Of a stretch of DNA of 64,000 nt, positions 48,445 through 58,562 are shown piece by piece. This DNA comes from a bacterium (GTDB lineage: Bacteria; Electryoneota; Electryoneia; Electryoneales; Electryoneaceae). Each line of letters begins with the position of its first letter. Within the stretch, counting starts at the first letter, position 1. The translations under genes were made by a program, and so were the position numbers. The notes beneath the pieces are model-generated. The model saw only the letters and a program-made list of their open reading frames with translations, ran no database searches and was not told the DNA's origin. The stretch lies in NCBI GenBank assembly GCA_963669175.1, contig OY769902.1:4960001-5024000 (forward strand). The letters are read 5' to 3'.

Positions 48445-50856
48445 TCAGGCATTGTTGGTTTCGCGCTGCGCTTCCAGCTTCGGAACAACACCCTTGTTGA
48501 AGAACACAAGAGCGCCAGCCGTGAGGAAGCCAACTCCCCCGAACAGCACCCACATCAGCATCGGGGCATCCATCTCAAGCGCGATCTTCTGGTAGCCCCA
48601 ACCACTGAGGATACCACCGAACAGGTTACCCAGCGCCACCGACACAAAGTAGTACCCCATGAAGAGGGCTGTCTTCGCTTTCGGGGCGATACGGGCAACA
48701 TATTCCTGGCTCTTCGGTGAGGCGATCATTTCACCAAAGGCGAATACGATAATCGAAACGGCGACAAACGTACCACCCAGCACAATACCGTGGCTGATAC
48801 CGCCGATACCGATACCGATACCGGAAACGATTGTGCCGACTACCAATACCGGGAATGGTTTCCAACGGTCAATGATGCTGCTGACCAGGATCTGGAAGAC
48901 AACAATAGAACCGGCATCCAGGTTGATGATATATTCCGGGTTGACCTGGCGATAGTTGGCAGCCCATTCCACGGCGGTTGGCATGCAGATGACCATATCC
49001 TGCATGTAAGCCAGTACCTGCTGCGGTGCAAGCTGATACAGTGCAGAGAATTCCTTCAGCGCAACCAGGAAGCTGTTCATGTCGGTTGTCCCGGATGCAG
49101 CCAACGGCATCAGCAGTTCATCAACTGTCTTGACCGATGGGACATTCACACCGCTGAGATCCACACCCTGTGCAAGCTGCATCATTTCCGGCGTATACAG
49201 ATGCTGCAGCAGAACCTTCACCGCTGCTGCATCCGCTCCATGACCACGTCCGGCCCATTCCTGAGCTACCATATCAAGCGTTTGCGCATCGGGGACAGAA
49301 ACATGGCTGAGCGCCTGGAATGTGGCGATAATTTCTTCGTGCGGTACGCGAACCTTGTAGTTCACAATCTCAAGGAAAATATCACGGACATTGGCATCCG
49401 CACCAACCACGGTATGTTCCTTGATCATATTCCCCAATTCACCGGCAAGCTGCTCAAGGTTGACACTGGCAAGGAAACTGGCGACGCCTTTACCGAAGAT
49501 CGCAGCGCCCTTGACCATATCTGTAGTATCGACAAAGTCACGGATATATTCCGGCATCGTAATAAAGATCTGGTTGAAGCTGGCCCAGAACCCGGTCAGG
49601 ATAACGAGGTACAATACAAACGGCCAGTTGCCGATCTGCGGCTTCTGCTTGTGCCAGACTAGATCCTTGTACTGTGGTTCGCCGCCGGAACCGGAAGACT
49701 TGCGCAACATAACCACCAGGAAAATCGCCGCCCAGGCGCCGCCGATAATACCCAGCATCAGCCAGCCGTTCATGCCTTCCTTGACAACAACTTCTTCAGC
49801 GATCAAACCATCGGTAACATCACTAAGGCCCAGGGTCTGAAGCACTGAGGCGAAGGATTGCGTCTCGGTGACGGCAACCATCATCACAGAATCGCCTTCA
49901 ACCGCCTGTTCAACCATGATTGGCTCAGCAATTGGGGCGGTTTCGACAACCTCTGCAACGGTTTCCTCAACCAGTGCCGGAGCATCACCGCCGGCGAAAT
50001 TAGCGATACCGTAAACACCAAGAATGAACGGCAGCATCAGAATAATAGCAAACCGACCGTTCAACAGGTAGTTGATTACAAGCCAGACCACACTACCGAT
50101 CAACACGTACAGCCAAGACACCCAGCCACCGCCGGCCAGCATGAACATCACAATAACCGGCACAACTGCCAGGGCGAAGCGACCATTGCCAAGCACTTCC
50201 TGGGCGTCGGTAAGAACCTTCACCAGGGAACGCTTCTCGGTAGACTGGGATTCTGTGGTCGGTTCCTTGTACAGGAACAGAGTCGGGATGAAGTTGATGC
50301 CGATCCAAATGGCGCTCATCACGAAGACCAGGTCCCAACTGATGGCACGGACATAACCGGCCACAAACGGACCAATGAACCCGCCGACGTTTACGATGGT
50401 ATAGAATACACCGAATCCGATTCCACGGTTGGTGTCATCAGTCGTACGGCCAACCGTTCCGACAACGACAGGCTTGAACACTGCCGCACCCACTGCGACC
50501 AGCAGGAACACGAAGAAGAACGGCCAGAACCCATGCACCTGCCCCAGGAAGAAGTACGCCGGGGTCATGATGCTGAAGGCCACCAGGAACATGTTCCGGT
50601 ATCCGTAACGGTCCGCCAAAGCGCCGGTAATTACGGGGAACAGGTACAGAAGGAAGGGAATGATGCCTTGCAGAATACCACGTTCAATACTTGAGAACCC
50701 CAATCCGCCCTGTGCAATCGGACTCGTCATGTACAGGGATGAGACGGCGAAAAAGCCGTACCACGCCAACCGTTCGAAAATCTCCATGATGTTGGCGACA
50801 AAAAACGTCCGTGGGAAGGGGGACCGTTTCCGTTTCGTCTGTGCGTCTGAACTCAC
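48445..50856 (-). CDS. MFS/POT-family peptide transporter with large insertions
   Basis: ExxER motif MEIFERLAWYG; GALADRYG; GEMIASP. Confidence 0.88.
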   Translation of the reverse strand: MSSDAQTKRKRSPFPRTFFVANIMEIFERLAWYGFFAVSSLYMTSPIAQGGLGFSSIERGILQGIIPFLLYLFPVITGALADRYGYRNMFLVAFSIMTPAYFFLGQVHGFWPFFFVFLLVAVGAAVFKPVVVGTVGRTTDDTNRGIGFGVFYTIVNVGGFIGPFVAGYVRAISWDLVFVMSAIWIGINFIPTLFLYKEPTTESQSTEKRSLVKVLTDAQEVLGNGRFALAVVPVIVMFMLAGGGWVSWLYVLIGSVVWLVINYLLNGRFAIILMLPFILGVYGIANFAGGDAPALVEETVAEVVETAPIAEPIMVEQAVEGDSVMMVAVTETQSFASVLQTLGLSDVTDGLIAEEVVVKEGMNGWLMLGIIGGAWAAIFLVVMLRKSSGSGGEPQYKDLVWHKQKPQIGNWPFVLYLVILTGFWASFNQIFITMPEYIRDFVDTTDMVKGAAIFGKGVASFLASVNLEQLAGELGNMIKEHTVVGADANVRDIFLEIVNYKVRVPHEEIIATFQALSHVSVPDAQTLDMVAQEWAGRGHGADAAAVKVLLQHLYTPEMMQLAQGVDLSGVNVPSVKTVDELLMPLAASGTTDMNSFLVALKEFSALYQLAPQQVLAYMQDMVICMPTAVEWAANYRQVNPEYIINLDAGSIVVFQILVSSIIDRWKPFPVLVVGTIVSGIGIGIGGISHGIVLGGTFVAVSIIVFAFGEMIASPKSQEYVARIAPKAKTALFMGYYFVSVALGNLFGGILSGWGYQKIALEMDAPMLMWVLFGGVGFLTAGALVFFNKGVVPKLEAQRETNNA

Positions 50857-51012
50857 CGTAACGACCTCGTGTCAGTTATCTTTTAACTTGTTGCAAACCA
50901 TGTAGGGTAAGGGAAAGAAGATACGGAAGAGAGCCCAAATTCGCCACTCGGAAGGGAGTTTTCACGAAAATTATGCTAGTGAATTCCCTGATTTGGTGAA
51001 AGAGATTCTGTT

Positions 51013-52725
51013 CTAAGGCAACAACACAACCCGATGCGTGGAAGTGTTTTCTCCTTTCAGCCGGATAAAATAGGTGCCTGCTGCCAGCTTGATTCCCGCC
51101 GATGCGGCACTCCAGGTATAATCCAATCGTTGACCGGCTATTCCGGACAAGGATTCTTCGAATACCAGCCTGCCCAGAACATCATAGATACTAATCCGCG
51201 CCTGACCGGATTGATCAGGTGTTAGCTGAAACCGAAAACCACCGTTGCTGGGATTGGGATAAATCGTATCCTCAAACTCAACAGGCAATGATTCACTACG
51301 GTCCTCTTTGACATTCAGATAAGTTTGCGGCTGATACAAACGGTTTCCGCCCATCGTGCAACCCGGCATGGGCCAGTAAATCTCGAACTCATGCCCCGGC
51401 ATGGGAACATTATAAGCAACCAGGAATCCTCGAAAATTGTAACCAATTAGAATCATGTTTCCATTCTCAGGAGGAAATATTGCTGTTTGTCCATTAGGCA
51501 ATGCACTGTTTGCCAAAGAGTCTACCAGTGGAAATCCTTCAAGAGCTTGATTTAAAGTCTGACCGTATATGGTATTAAAATATGTTGCGCTATTGCTGAT
51601 TCCAAAAATGTAACAAGAATCTTGTACTGTTTCTCGTAACACCACAAATGGTTCGCCACTGCCTAAAGAACCTATGCTTTTCGGAAATCCTGTAAACAAC
51701 TCGCCACCTAAAGTGAGCGCATATACCAAGCTGTCAAATGGATGATACATCAATTCAGGAATACCGTTCCCATCAAGATCAGCGGGAATTACATCATAGC
51801 TGGCTTCACTATTCCCATTTATAAAAGGATTCTCAAACGGGAATCCTGGCCACCTTTCTCCATTTTGATTAAAGACGAATAAAGAATCCATATCGACAAG
51901 ACTTGCCAACCATTGTCCATCTTCAAGCGAAACCAAGGTTAATGGGGAACAATATAATTGTGGTGTAACCGCTGTGGGAAATCCGGGCAAGTATTCTCCT
52001 GATTCCAGTTCCTGTGCATGAAGATAATTACGTGTCATCCACACAATGATTGATATTCCTTCCCAGTGTTCGCCAATCCCTATACACGGTGTTGTGTTTA
52101 CTAATACTTCATCCTCACCAGCGTATCTTGGAAACCCCGGTAAAGCATTACCATTCAGATCAAGCCCTAATACTAGTGTATCTGCCAATAAAAACAATTC
52201 ACAACAATGATCTCCATTAACATCTACCAGCACTGGTGATCCGGAGTTTCTGCTATTTATTCCTTCCACGATTGGCGCAGTAAAACAATGTGACGAAAGA
52301 AGTTCTCCAGTTAGATAATAGGTTCGAATAACATTTTTATGAGTACGGACGATAACTTCCGGGATACCATCACCGGTAATATCGCCCAGGCGTGGTCCCT
52401 GCTCCACAACCCCCTCGTCATTGTAATTAAAGGTGACAGGCCAGCCAGGAAGTGTGTTGCCGTTTATATCCAATACAGTCAGCATGTAGTTAGTCGCGGT
52501 GGCAATGATCTTGCCCTGGTCCGGGATTTTGGTCACGGCAATATTGTTGAAAGTCCATGCGTTGCCTGCCGGTTCCAATGCGATAGGCCAGCCGGGTCGG
52601 TGAGTTGGTTGGGAATAAGCTATTGTTACACCTAGAACCAAACATGTTATTATAGTTTGTATTAACAATCTCTTATGTACAACACCATACCTTGACAGTT
52701 TTTCAACAATAACTAACCCGTTCAT
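51013..52725 (-). CDS. FG-GAP/VCBS-like repeat protein with T9SS sorting domain
   Basis: Repeated PG(W/F)P and DxxGDG motifs; YPNPSN...GTYFI; lower GC; start uncertain. Confidence 0.82.
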   Translation of the reverse strand: MNGLVIVEKLSRYGVVHKRLLIQTIITCLVLGVTIAYSQPTHRPGWPIALEPAGNAWTFNNIAVTKIPDQGKIIATATNYMLTVLDINGNTLPGWPVTFNYNDEGVVEQGPRLGDITGDGIPEVIVRTHKNVIRTYYLTGELLSSHCFTAPIVEGINSRNSGSPVLVDVNGDHCCELFLLADTLVLGLDLNGNALPGFPRYAGEDEVLVNTTPCIGIGEHWEGISIIVWMTRNYLHAQELESGEYLPGFPTAVTPQLYCSPLTLVSLEDGQWLASLVDMDSLFVFNQNGERWPGFPFENPFINGNSEASYDVIPADLDGNGIPELMYHPFDSLVYALTLGGELFTGFPKSIGSLGSGEPFVVLRETVQDSCYIFGISNSATYFNTIYGQTLNQALEGFPLVDSLANSALPNGQTAIFPPENGNMILIGYNFRGFLVAYNVPMPGHEFEIYWPMPGCTMGGNRLYQPQTYLNVKEDRSESLPVEFEDTIYPNPSNGGFRFQLTPDQSGQARISIYDVLGRLVFEESLSGIAGQRLDYTWSAASAGIKLAAGTYFIRLKGENTSTHRVVLLP

Positions 52726-52935
52726 CTTTAATGCCTCCCGTATAAGTCTGTATCATCATGTATATCATCCACTTATCCACAACTAGTAATGCAAGAGAGC
52801 CAAATAACCTTGCCCTATTGGAGTTTTTAACTCTTTCGAGAAAATTCGTTGGTATCTTAAAAAAAAATAATACATTATTGATGCGTGGTTCAAGTTTTCT
52901 TTGACAATTTTCATTAAAAGAACCAGGAGCGTACC

Positions 52936-53361
52936 ATGAAACATCTCACATTGATAGCGCTGATCCTCGCATTATTCGGTTTTTCAAACACCATACTTGC
53001 CTCTGGGCATCCACCCGTTGAAGATCCGCCAGCAACAGCCGTTTGGAATCTTGCAGTAGCCTCTACATGGGGGGAAGGAAATCCAGGAATCGATCCTGAT
53101 GCTGCAGGTGTCCTTTACTTGAGAATGGGAATTGTAACAGAATCATCAATTCCCCTTCAACAAGGAACATCATGGTCAGTCACCATTACGGATACTTACC
53201 CATTCCTGACAAGGATGGAATCTGTACTTGAAACTTGTGTTCAATGTGTTGAAGTCTTTCCAGATGGTGGATCTGAAGTAAGTAGCATCGAAACAGATAT
53301 TTCTGTTGGAACCCACACCCACAAGTGGATGTATATGTCAGGTTCCAGTTCGTCCGATTAA
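52936..53361 (+). CDS. small secreted hypothetical protein
   Basis: AGGAG RBS; signal peptide; terminator at about 53386-53421. Confidence 0.7.
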   Translation: MKHLTLIALILALFGFSNTILASGHPPVEDPPATAVWNLAVASTWGEGNPGIDPDAAGVLYLRMGIVTESSIPLQQGTSWSVTITDTYPFLTRMESVLETCVQCVEVFPDGGSEVSSIETDISVGTHTHKWMYMSGSSSSD

Positions 53362-53492
53362 GTGATCCTGCATAAAGAACCACGCATCATCCCCGGTTCA
53401 TTTCCGGGGATGTTTGTTTTTACCAAGATAGTTGCGATCAACATATTCAGCATGTTTTGAACAATTATTGAACAATTATGTAAACAAGCTGC

Positions 53493-53689
53493 GAACCACG
53501 GCAGTGGTTCCCTGTATTAGCCCGGATATTTCACCAGTGCAATTTCAGATGTGGTATTTGATGGAATGACTAGTACAAGAACCACGGCAGTGGTTCCCTG
53601 AATTAGCCCACCGTCCAGCGCCGTCTGTTTGGCGCTCACGGTGGGAAAAGAGCGCCGACCTTATTATCAACCCCGGCAGCGGGTTGCCT
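53493..53689. repeat. REP-like hairpin array, left flank of tnpA
   Basis: AACCACGGCAGTGGTT twice, CCCACCG...CGGTGGG hairpin, AACCCCGGCAGCGGGTT. Confidence 0.85.
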
Positions 53690-53751
53690 GGAAAATTCGT
53701 ATACAATATCCAAGCTTAATTATTGAATACCTTACACTTCAGTAAAGCGTT

Positions 53752-54207
53752 TCATCCAAGGACAAACCGCTCATCGTATTTGATACCCTGCTGGTTGAGA
53801 AAATCAACATATTCCTCTTCGAAGGTTTTGATTTTGTGATGTTCCTCCTGATTGTCAATATAGGATCGGACACTATTGACGATATTATGGCTTACGGAGA
53901 ATGCTGAATAGCCTTCCTGCCAGGCAAAAGAACGATAGCCATCACCTTTATTCCTGATCCATTTTGTTGTGGCACGTTTCATATCACGAACCAACCCGGA
54001 TAACGATTGCAAAGAGGCCTGGTTGTAGAGGATGTGAACGTGATCGGGCATTCCATTGATGGTGATACATTCACAGGAACGGTTCTTCAGGAAGGTGGTC
54101 ATATGGGCGTCAAGCTCTTTTCGGATGGAAGGATTGACCAGGAAATGAGTGCGATTTTTGGTGGAGAATACCAGGTGCGTGTACATTGCGACATAGGAGT
54201 GTGCCAT
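53752..54207 (-). CDS. tnpA: Y1 HUH transposase (IS200/IS605 TnpA or RAYT-like)
   Basis: HLVFSTKNR, HUH motif PDHVHIL, FAWQEGYSAFSVS, catalytic YIDNQ. Confidence 0.93.
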   Translation of the reverse strand: MAHSYVAMYTHLVFSTKNRTHFLVNPSIRKELDAHMTTFLKNRSCECITINGMPDHVHILYNQASLQSLSGLVRDMKRATTKWIRNKGDGYRSFAWQEGYSAFSVSHNIVNSVRSYIDNQEEHHKIKTFEEEYVDFLNQQGIKYDERFVLG

Positions 54208-54229
54208 GATCTGTCTCCCTTCATTCTAT

Positions 54230-54430
54230 AGGCAACCCGCTGCCGGGGTTGATGATGTTTTTGATCCTCTATTCCCACCGTGAGCGCCAAACAGACGGCG
54301 CTGGACGGTGGGCTAATACAGAAAACCACTACCGTGGTTTTTGCACCTTCCAAGTTTTATCCTTCCCACCGCGTACACCTGCACAACAGCGCGGGTGTGT
54401 AGGTTATTACAGATAACCACTGCCGTGGTT
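54230..54430. repeat. REP-like hairpin array, right flank of tnpA (inverted)
   Basis: Reverse complement of the left-flank units. Confidence 0.85.
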
Positions 54431-54585
54431 TAGTGATGTAAAGGTATTCTGTTTACAGTTTGCAGTTTCCACAACAATTGAAACTGTAATAGCCAAAGCC
54501 AACTGATAATATAACATCATGATAAGAATCATTGGCCTCAAATCTCTTTGACCTCAACTAATCTCAGCTAAAATACCTAAATCTA

Positions 54586-56184
54586 CTACCTTCTCTTCAC
54601 AAACCCGACTAATTCCTTCAGTTCTTTCCAGCTCAGAACACGCAATCCGAGAAGCAGCAGCCCGTAGACCACTCCAAACCCGATTCCGGAAAGCAGCAGG
54701 CCGGGAAGCGTGTCCAGCCGTCCCTGGCCTTCGATAAGGGGTGGGATAACCTGAAGTAGCGCCCAGGCGGCCAGTCCGGCGCCGAGGGAGGCCAATACCG
54801 GTCCGATCCAGGCGACACGGAAGAAGGTCCACATCGGTTGTTGCAGGCCGACCAGCGCACGGATTGTCATCACCGTCTGTCCGACCAGCGCAGCCGTTAC
54901 TGTTCCGTACAGCACCCCGATGAAACCGAACAGGTAATAGAAGCTGATGGAAAGCGCCACATTCAGCACAGCCTGCACAGTCGCCGCCAACGCTTCCCAG
55001 CTCGGATGCCCCGCCCCACGTGCGCACAGGCGAAGCGGAACCGTCACCGTCCATGCGATATAGGCGACTGCCAGGAATCGGATGGCGAGAATCATTTCCG
55101 AATGTGGCACCGAGCCAAGCCAGAGAGTCAAGAGAAAAACGGCAGCGAGGTTCAGGTACACCCCGATCGGCAGGGCGATCAGGGACATGTATTTCCCGCT
55201 GCGAAGCAACAATGAGGTAAACCGTTGCTTGTCACCCTGAGCACTGAAAGTCGCTGCGGCTGGTTCGATCACGTAATAGAGCGTAGTCGGAATCAGGTTG
55301 GCGGAGTTGGCCGCTTTCGCGCCGACATCATAGTGAGTAACGCTGTCCAGTCCGGCAACGCGTCCCAGCAAAATACGGTCAAACTGCTGGTTGATCACAT
55401 CGGCGATACGGGTCAACTGTACCGTCATCCCGAACGACCACATGGACTTGAGCGTTTCCCGGTTCACCGCGGCTGGACTGAAACTCCATTCCTTCACCCC
55501 GGCAACACCGAAAATGAAGGTGATCAGCATACGGACCACGCCCACCGTAACCACACCGCCAGCCAGTCCGATCAGCCCCCACCCCAGGCTCAGGACAAAG
55601 ACAATCGTACCTGCGTTAAACAGGGCGAGTCCGGTATTGAATATGGCGAGATGACCGGTACGGTGAGTGGCAAAAAAGAGGTAACGCCCGTAGTTGGTGA
55701 TGAATCCCAAAGCGAGGACCAGCACCATGGATTTCCACACCCACGGCGCTACGTGAGCGAACTCCGACGCATCGGGGAAAAACGCGATAAACCAGGATTC
55801 AAACAGCAGGCCAACCGCGATAATTACCGTGGCGATGACCAGCATAAAGCTCAGTCCGGTGGAAAAGACCGCCTTTTTCAAGTGGCTGTCATTACTCTCC
55901 AGCGCGGTGACAAAATGGCGGTTCAGCGCTGCGGCAAAACCGAAGTCAGCCAGGTTCAGATAGAGGGTTACCGAATAAAAAAGCGCCCACAAACCGTAGG
56001 CGTCAGTTCCAAGACGATGTAATGTAAAGGGAAGGACAAACAGCGCGGCGACAGCTTCCACGATACGGTGTACCATAGTCGCCAAGGTGCCGCGAACCAT
56101 GCTGCGCGCTATGTTGCTCGCGCCGCCGGATTTCCGTGCATTATCGCCGGAATCCTCTGTATCCCCCCGCTGCGGCTCTGTCAC
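54586..56184 (-). CDS. oligosaccharide flippase (Wzx/MOP family)
   Basis: LGTDAYGLW, DFGFAAAL, FDRILLG; about 14 TM segments; overlaps the accD stop. Confidence 0.88.
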   Translation of the reverse strand: MTEPQRGDTEDSGDNARKSGGASNIARSMVRGTLATMVHRIVEAVAALFVLPFTLHRLGTDAYGLWALFYSVTLYLNLADFGFAAALNRHFVTALESNDSHLKKAVFSTGLSFMLVIATVIIAVGLLFESWFIAFFPDASEFAHVAPWVWKSMVLVLALGFITNYGRYLFFATHRTGHLAIFNTGLALFNAGTIVFVLSLGWGLIGLAGGVVTVGVVRMLITFIFGVAGVKEWSFSPAAVNRETLKSMWSFGMTVQLTRIADVINQQFDRILLGRVAGLDSVTHYDVGAKAANSANLIPTTLYYVIEPAAATFSAQGDKQRFTSLLLRSGKYMSLIALPIGVYLNLAAVFLLTLWLGSVPHSEMILAIRFLAVAYIAWTVTVPLRLCARGAGHPSWEALAATVQAVLNVALSISFYYLFGFIGVLYGTVTAALVGQTVMTIRALVGLQQPMWTFFRVAWIGPVLASLGAGLAAWALLQVIPPLIEGQGRLDTLPGLLLSGIGFGVVYGLLLLGLRVLSWKELKELVGFVKRR

Positions 56185-57077
56185 TGTTCCAGCAGATCCT
56201 TTTGGTTCGTACCGGCCGCTTCAACCGGAACGCTGGCCTTGCCGGTGAAATAGAATATGTACTTCGCCAGACGTTCCTTCATCTCAAGACGTGGCACGAC
56301 CTGGTCCAGGAAGCCCTTGTCCAGCAGGAATTCGCTGCGCTGGAATCCGGACGGCAGATCCTGACCGATTGTCTGCTTGATCACACGTGGTCCGGCAAAC
56401 CCGATCAAGGCGCCCGGCTCGGCTATGTTCAAATCCCCCAGCATGGAAAAGGAAGCGGTTGTACCGCCGGTGGTGGGATCGGTGAGCACCGAGATAAACG
56501 GCAAGCCGGCCTTGGCAAGCTTGGTCAAACGTGCGGATGTCTTCGCCATCTGCATCAGACTGATGACTCCTTCCTGCATCCGCATGCCACCGCTGCAGGA
56601 AAGAACGATAAGCGGACAGTTTTCCTTTACTGCCTTGTCAATCGCACGCGCTATCTTTTCACCGACCACACTGCCAACCGAACCGCCCAGGAAAGAAAAA
56701 TCCATAACCGCCATGACTACCGGATGCCCGGCAAGCTTTCCCGTGCCGGTATGGATTGCTTCGTTGTTGCCGGTTTTCTTCATCGCCGCAGAAATACGGT
56801 CAACGTACTTCTTCGAATCCCGGAAGCCCAACGGATCTATCGAAACCAGGTTCTCATCAAAAGGCGCCCAGGTCTCATCATCAATCAGGAGACGGATATA
56901 GTCAACCCCCTTCATCCGGTTGTGATGTCCGCATTCCGGGCATACAAAAAAGTTGCGTTCCAGCTTCTTCGTATACACGACATTGTCACATGCCGGGCAA
57001 TTGCTCCACAGCCCTTCCGGCATTTCACGCTTGGTCGCACCTTCCAGGCCGCGCACAGTACGTTTGAACCAGCTCAT
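56181..57077 (-). CDS. accD: acetyl-CoA carboxylase carboxyltransferase beta subunit
   Basis: CPAC/CPEC zinc finger, GGSVGSVVGEKI, SGGMRMQEG, GFAGPRVI. Confidence 0.97.
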   Translation of the reverse strand: MSWFKRTVRGLEGATKREMPEGLWSNCPACDNVVYTKKLERNFFVCPECGHHNRMKGVDYIRLLIDDETWAPFDENLVSIDPLGFRDSKKYVDRISAAMKKTGNNEAIHTGTGKLAGHPVVMAVMDFSFLGGSVGSVVGEKIARAIDKAVKENCPLIVLSCSGGMRMQEGVISLMQMAKTSARLTKLAKAGLPFISVLTDPTTGGTTASFSMLGDLNIAEPGALIGFAGPRVIKQTIGQDLPSGFQRSEFLLDKGFLDQVVPRLEMKERLAKYIFYFTGKASVPVEAAGTNQKDLLEQ

Positions 57078-57562
57078 CTATCCATCCTGTCAGTTGGTTG
57101 CGTGTCTTCAAGCCACAAGGTCATCAATACCGCATCTTCACCGTTGGAATAATACCTGGGACGAATCCCGACCTGTTCAAATCCGAATGCCTCATACAAC
57201 GCGATGGCGGGCACATTGTTCTGGCGGACCTCAAGATAGGCCACTTGCACCCCATGCTGTTTTATTTCGTCCAGCCATTGAGCAAGAAATTTACGTCCGA
57301 TTCCCCGCCGACGGTGTTCCGGCAGAACTGCAATATTTGCCAAGTGAGCTTCATCCAGAACGATAAAGGAAACCAGATAACCAATCAAGTCCCCGTGGCG
57401 CTTTAATACACGATTCATTGCACCGTGCATGGTCATCATATCGGCAAACATGCCAAAGGTCCAGGCATCCTCGGGAAAACAGCGTAACTCGGCCTCGACT
57501 ACCGTTTCCAGCTCAGCGGTTGTCATGGACTCGTACTGCCAGTCAGACACCTCAGGACTCAT
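57074..57562 (-). CDS. rimI: ribosomal-protein-alanine N-acetyltransferase
   Basis: NIAVLPEHRRRGIG, LEVRQNN, RPRYYSNGEDAVLM. Confidence 0.93.
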   Translation of the reverse strand: MSPEVSDWQYESMTTAELETVVEAELRCFPEDAWTFGMFADMMTMHGAMNRVLKRHGDLIGYLVSFIVLDEAHLANIAVLPEHRRRGIGRKFLAQWLDEIKQHGVQVAYLEVRQNNVPAIALYEAFGFEQVGIRPRYYSNGEDAVLMTLWLEDTQPTDRMDR

Positions 57563-57608
57563 GGGTTGCTCTCCCTCAGAAGCTCCGGAGAATGCGAAAC
57601 TTCACGCT

Positions 57609-58403
57609 TCAACAGTTCTGATTTACCATATGCACCACATTCGCCGCCTGTACTGCAGCCGCCACATCATGCACTCGAATCCATTCTACTCCGGCCAGCG
57701 CGCAAAGTGTTACGGCAGCCAATGTACCGGGCAGACGGTCTTTCACATCATCCACCCCGATCAGGGTAAGAAAGCTCTTGCGTGACGGGCCGACCAGCAG
57801 AGGCAAGCCGAGTGACCGGAAAGCATCAAGCTTACCCAGTAAGCGGTAATTCTGTTCCCTGGACTTGCCGAAGCCGATACCCGGATCAAGGATGATTTTC
57901 TCACGGTTTATTCCAGCCGTCTCACAGGCTGAAATCCTGTCTGTGAAATACTCCGTTATCTCCCCGATCAGATCCTTATACTCGGTATCGGTCTGCATGG
58001 TTCGCGGTGTGCCACGCATGTGCATGGCAACATAGGTAGCTCCCGTTTCCGCAACCACCTTCAGCATCTCAGGGTCAAGCATACCCGCCGATACATCGTT
58101 GATCCAGGCAGCGCCGGCCGCCATTGCTTCACGCGCCACGTCCGCCTTGGTGGTATCAATGGAAATGGGTACGTTCGTCATCCCGGAAAGCTGACGAATA
58201 ACAGGCGCAGTCCTGCGGATCTCTTCGTCCACGCTTACTTCGGCTGCGCCGGGACGTGTCGATTCACCCCCGATATCCAGCACAGCAGCGCCTTCCCTGA
58301 CCAATTGAAGACCATGCAGTACTGCCATGTCCGTTGCATCATGTCGCCCCCCATCATAGAACGAATCGGGGGTAACATTAACGATCCCCATTATTTTAGT
58401 CAT
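57609..58403 (-). CDS. folP: dihydropteroate synthase
   Basis: GIVNVTPDSFYDGG, GGESTRPG, DPGIGFGK, SRKSF, RVHDV. Confidence 0.97.
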   Translation of the reverse strand: MTKIMGIVNVTPDSFYDGGRHDATDMAVLHGLQLVREGAAVLDIGGESTRPGAAEVSVDEEIRRTAPVIRQLSGMTNVPISIDTTKADVAREAMAAGAAWINDVSAGMLDPEMLKVVAETGATYVAMHMRGTPRTMQTDTEYKDLIGEITEYFTDRISACETAGINREKIILDPGIGFGKSREQNYRLLGKLDAFRSLGLPLLVGPSRKSFLTLIGVDDVKDRLPGTLAAVTLCALAGVEWIRVHDVAAAVQAANVVHMVNQNC

Positions 58404-58562
58404 GGTTCGCTGGCCTTGTCTGAAAACACCTTCTCGTGCATCGTGCCCCTCCGGGTTGGCAAGATGTTGACATTCTCTTCAACGAAGCAATAGTTTAATG
58501 TTGTATCAGGTGGGTAACCAGGTGGTTTGGCTTCTGTAAAACAAAAGATGAGGAGGAGTGCA

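Noticed and set aside
48928-49554. 12-bp direct repeat GATATATTCCGG flanking the transporter insertion as a target-site duplication
   Set aside because: Both copies encode PEYI segments that plausibly belong to the normal transporter core, so codon coincidence is sufficient.
53493-53610. 31-bp direct repeat with a ~55-bp spacer as a mini-CRISPR
   Set aside because: Only two copies, and they belong to the inverted REP arrays around tnpA.
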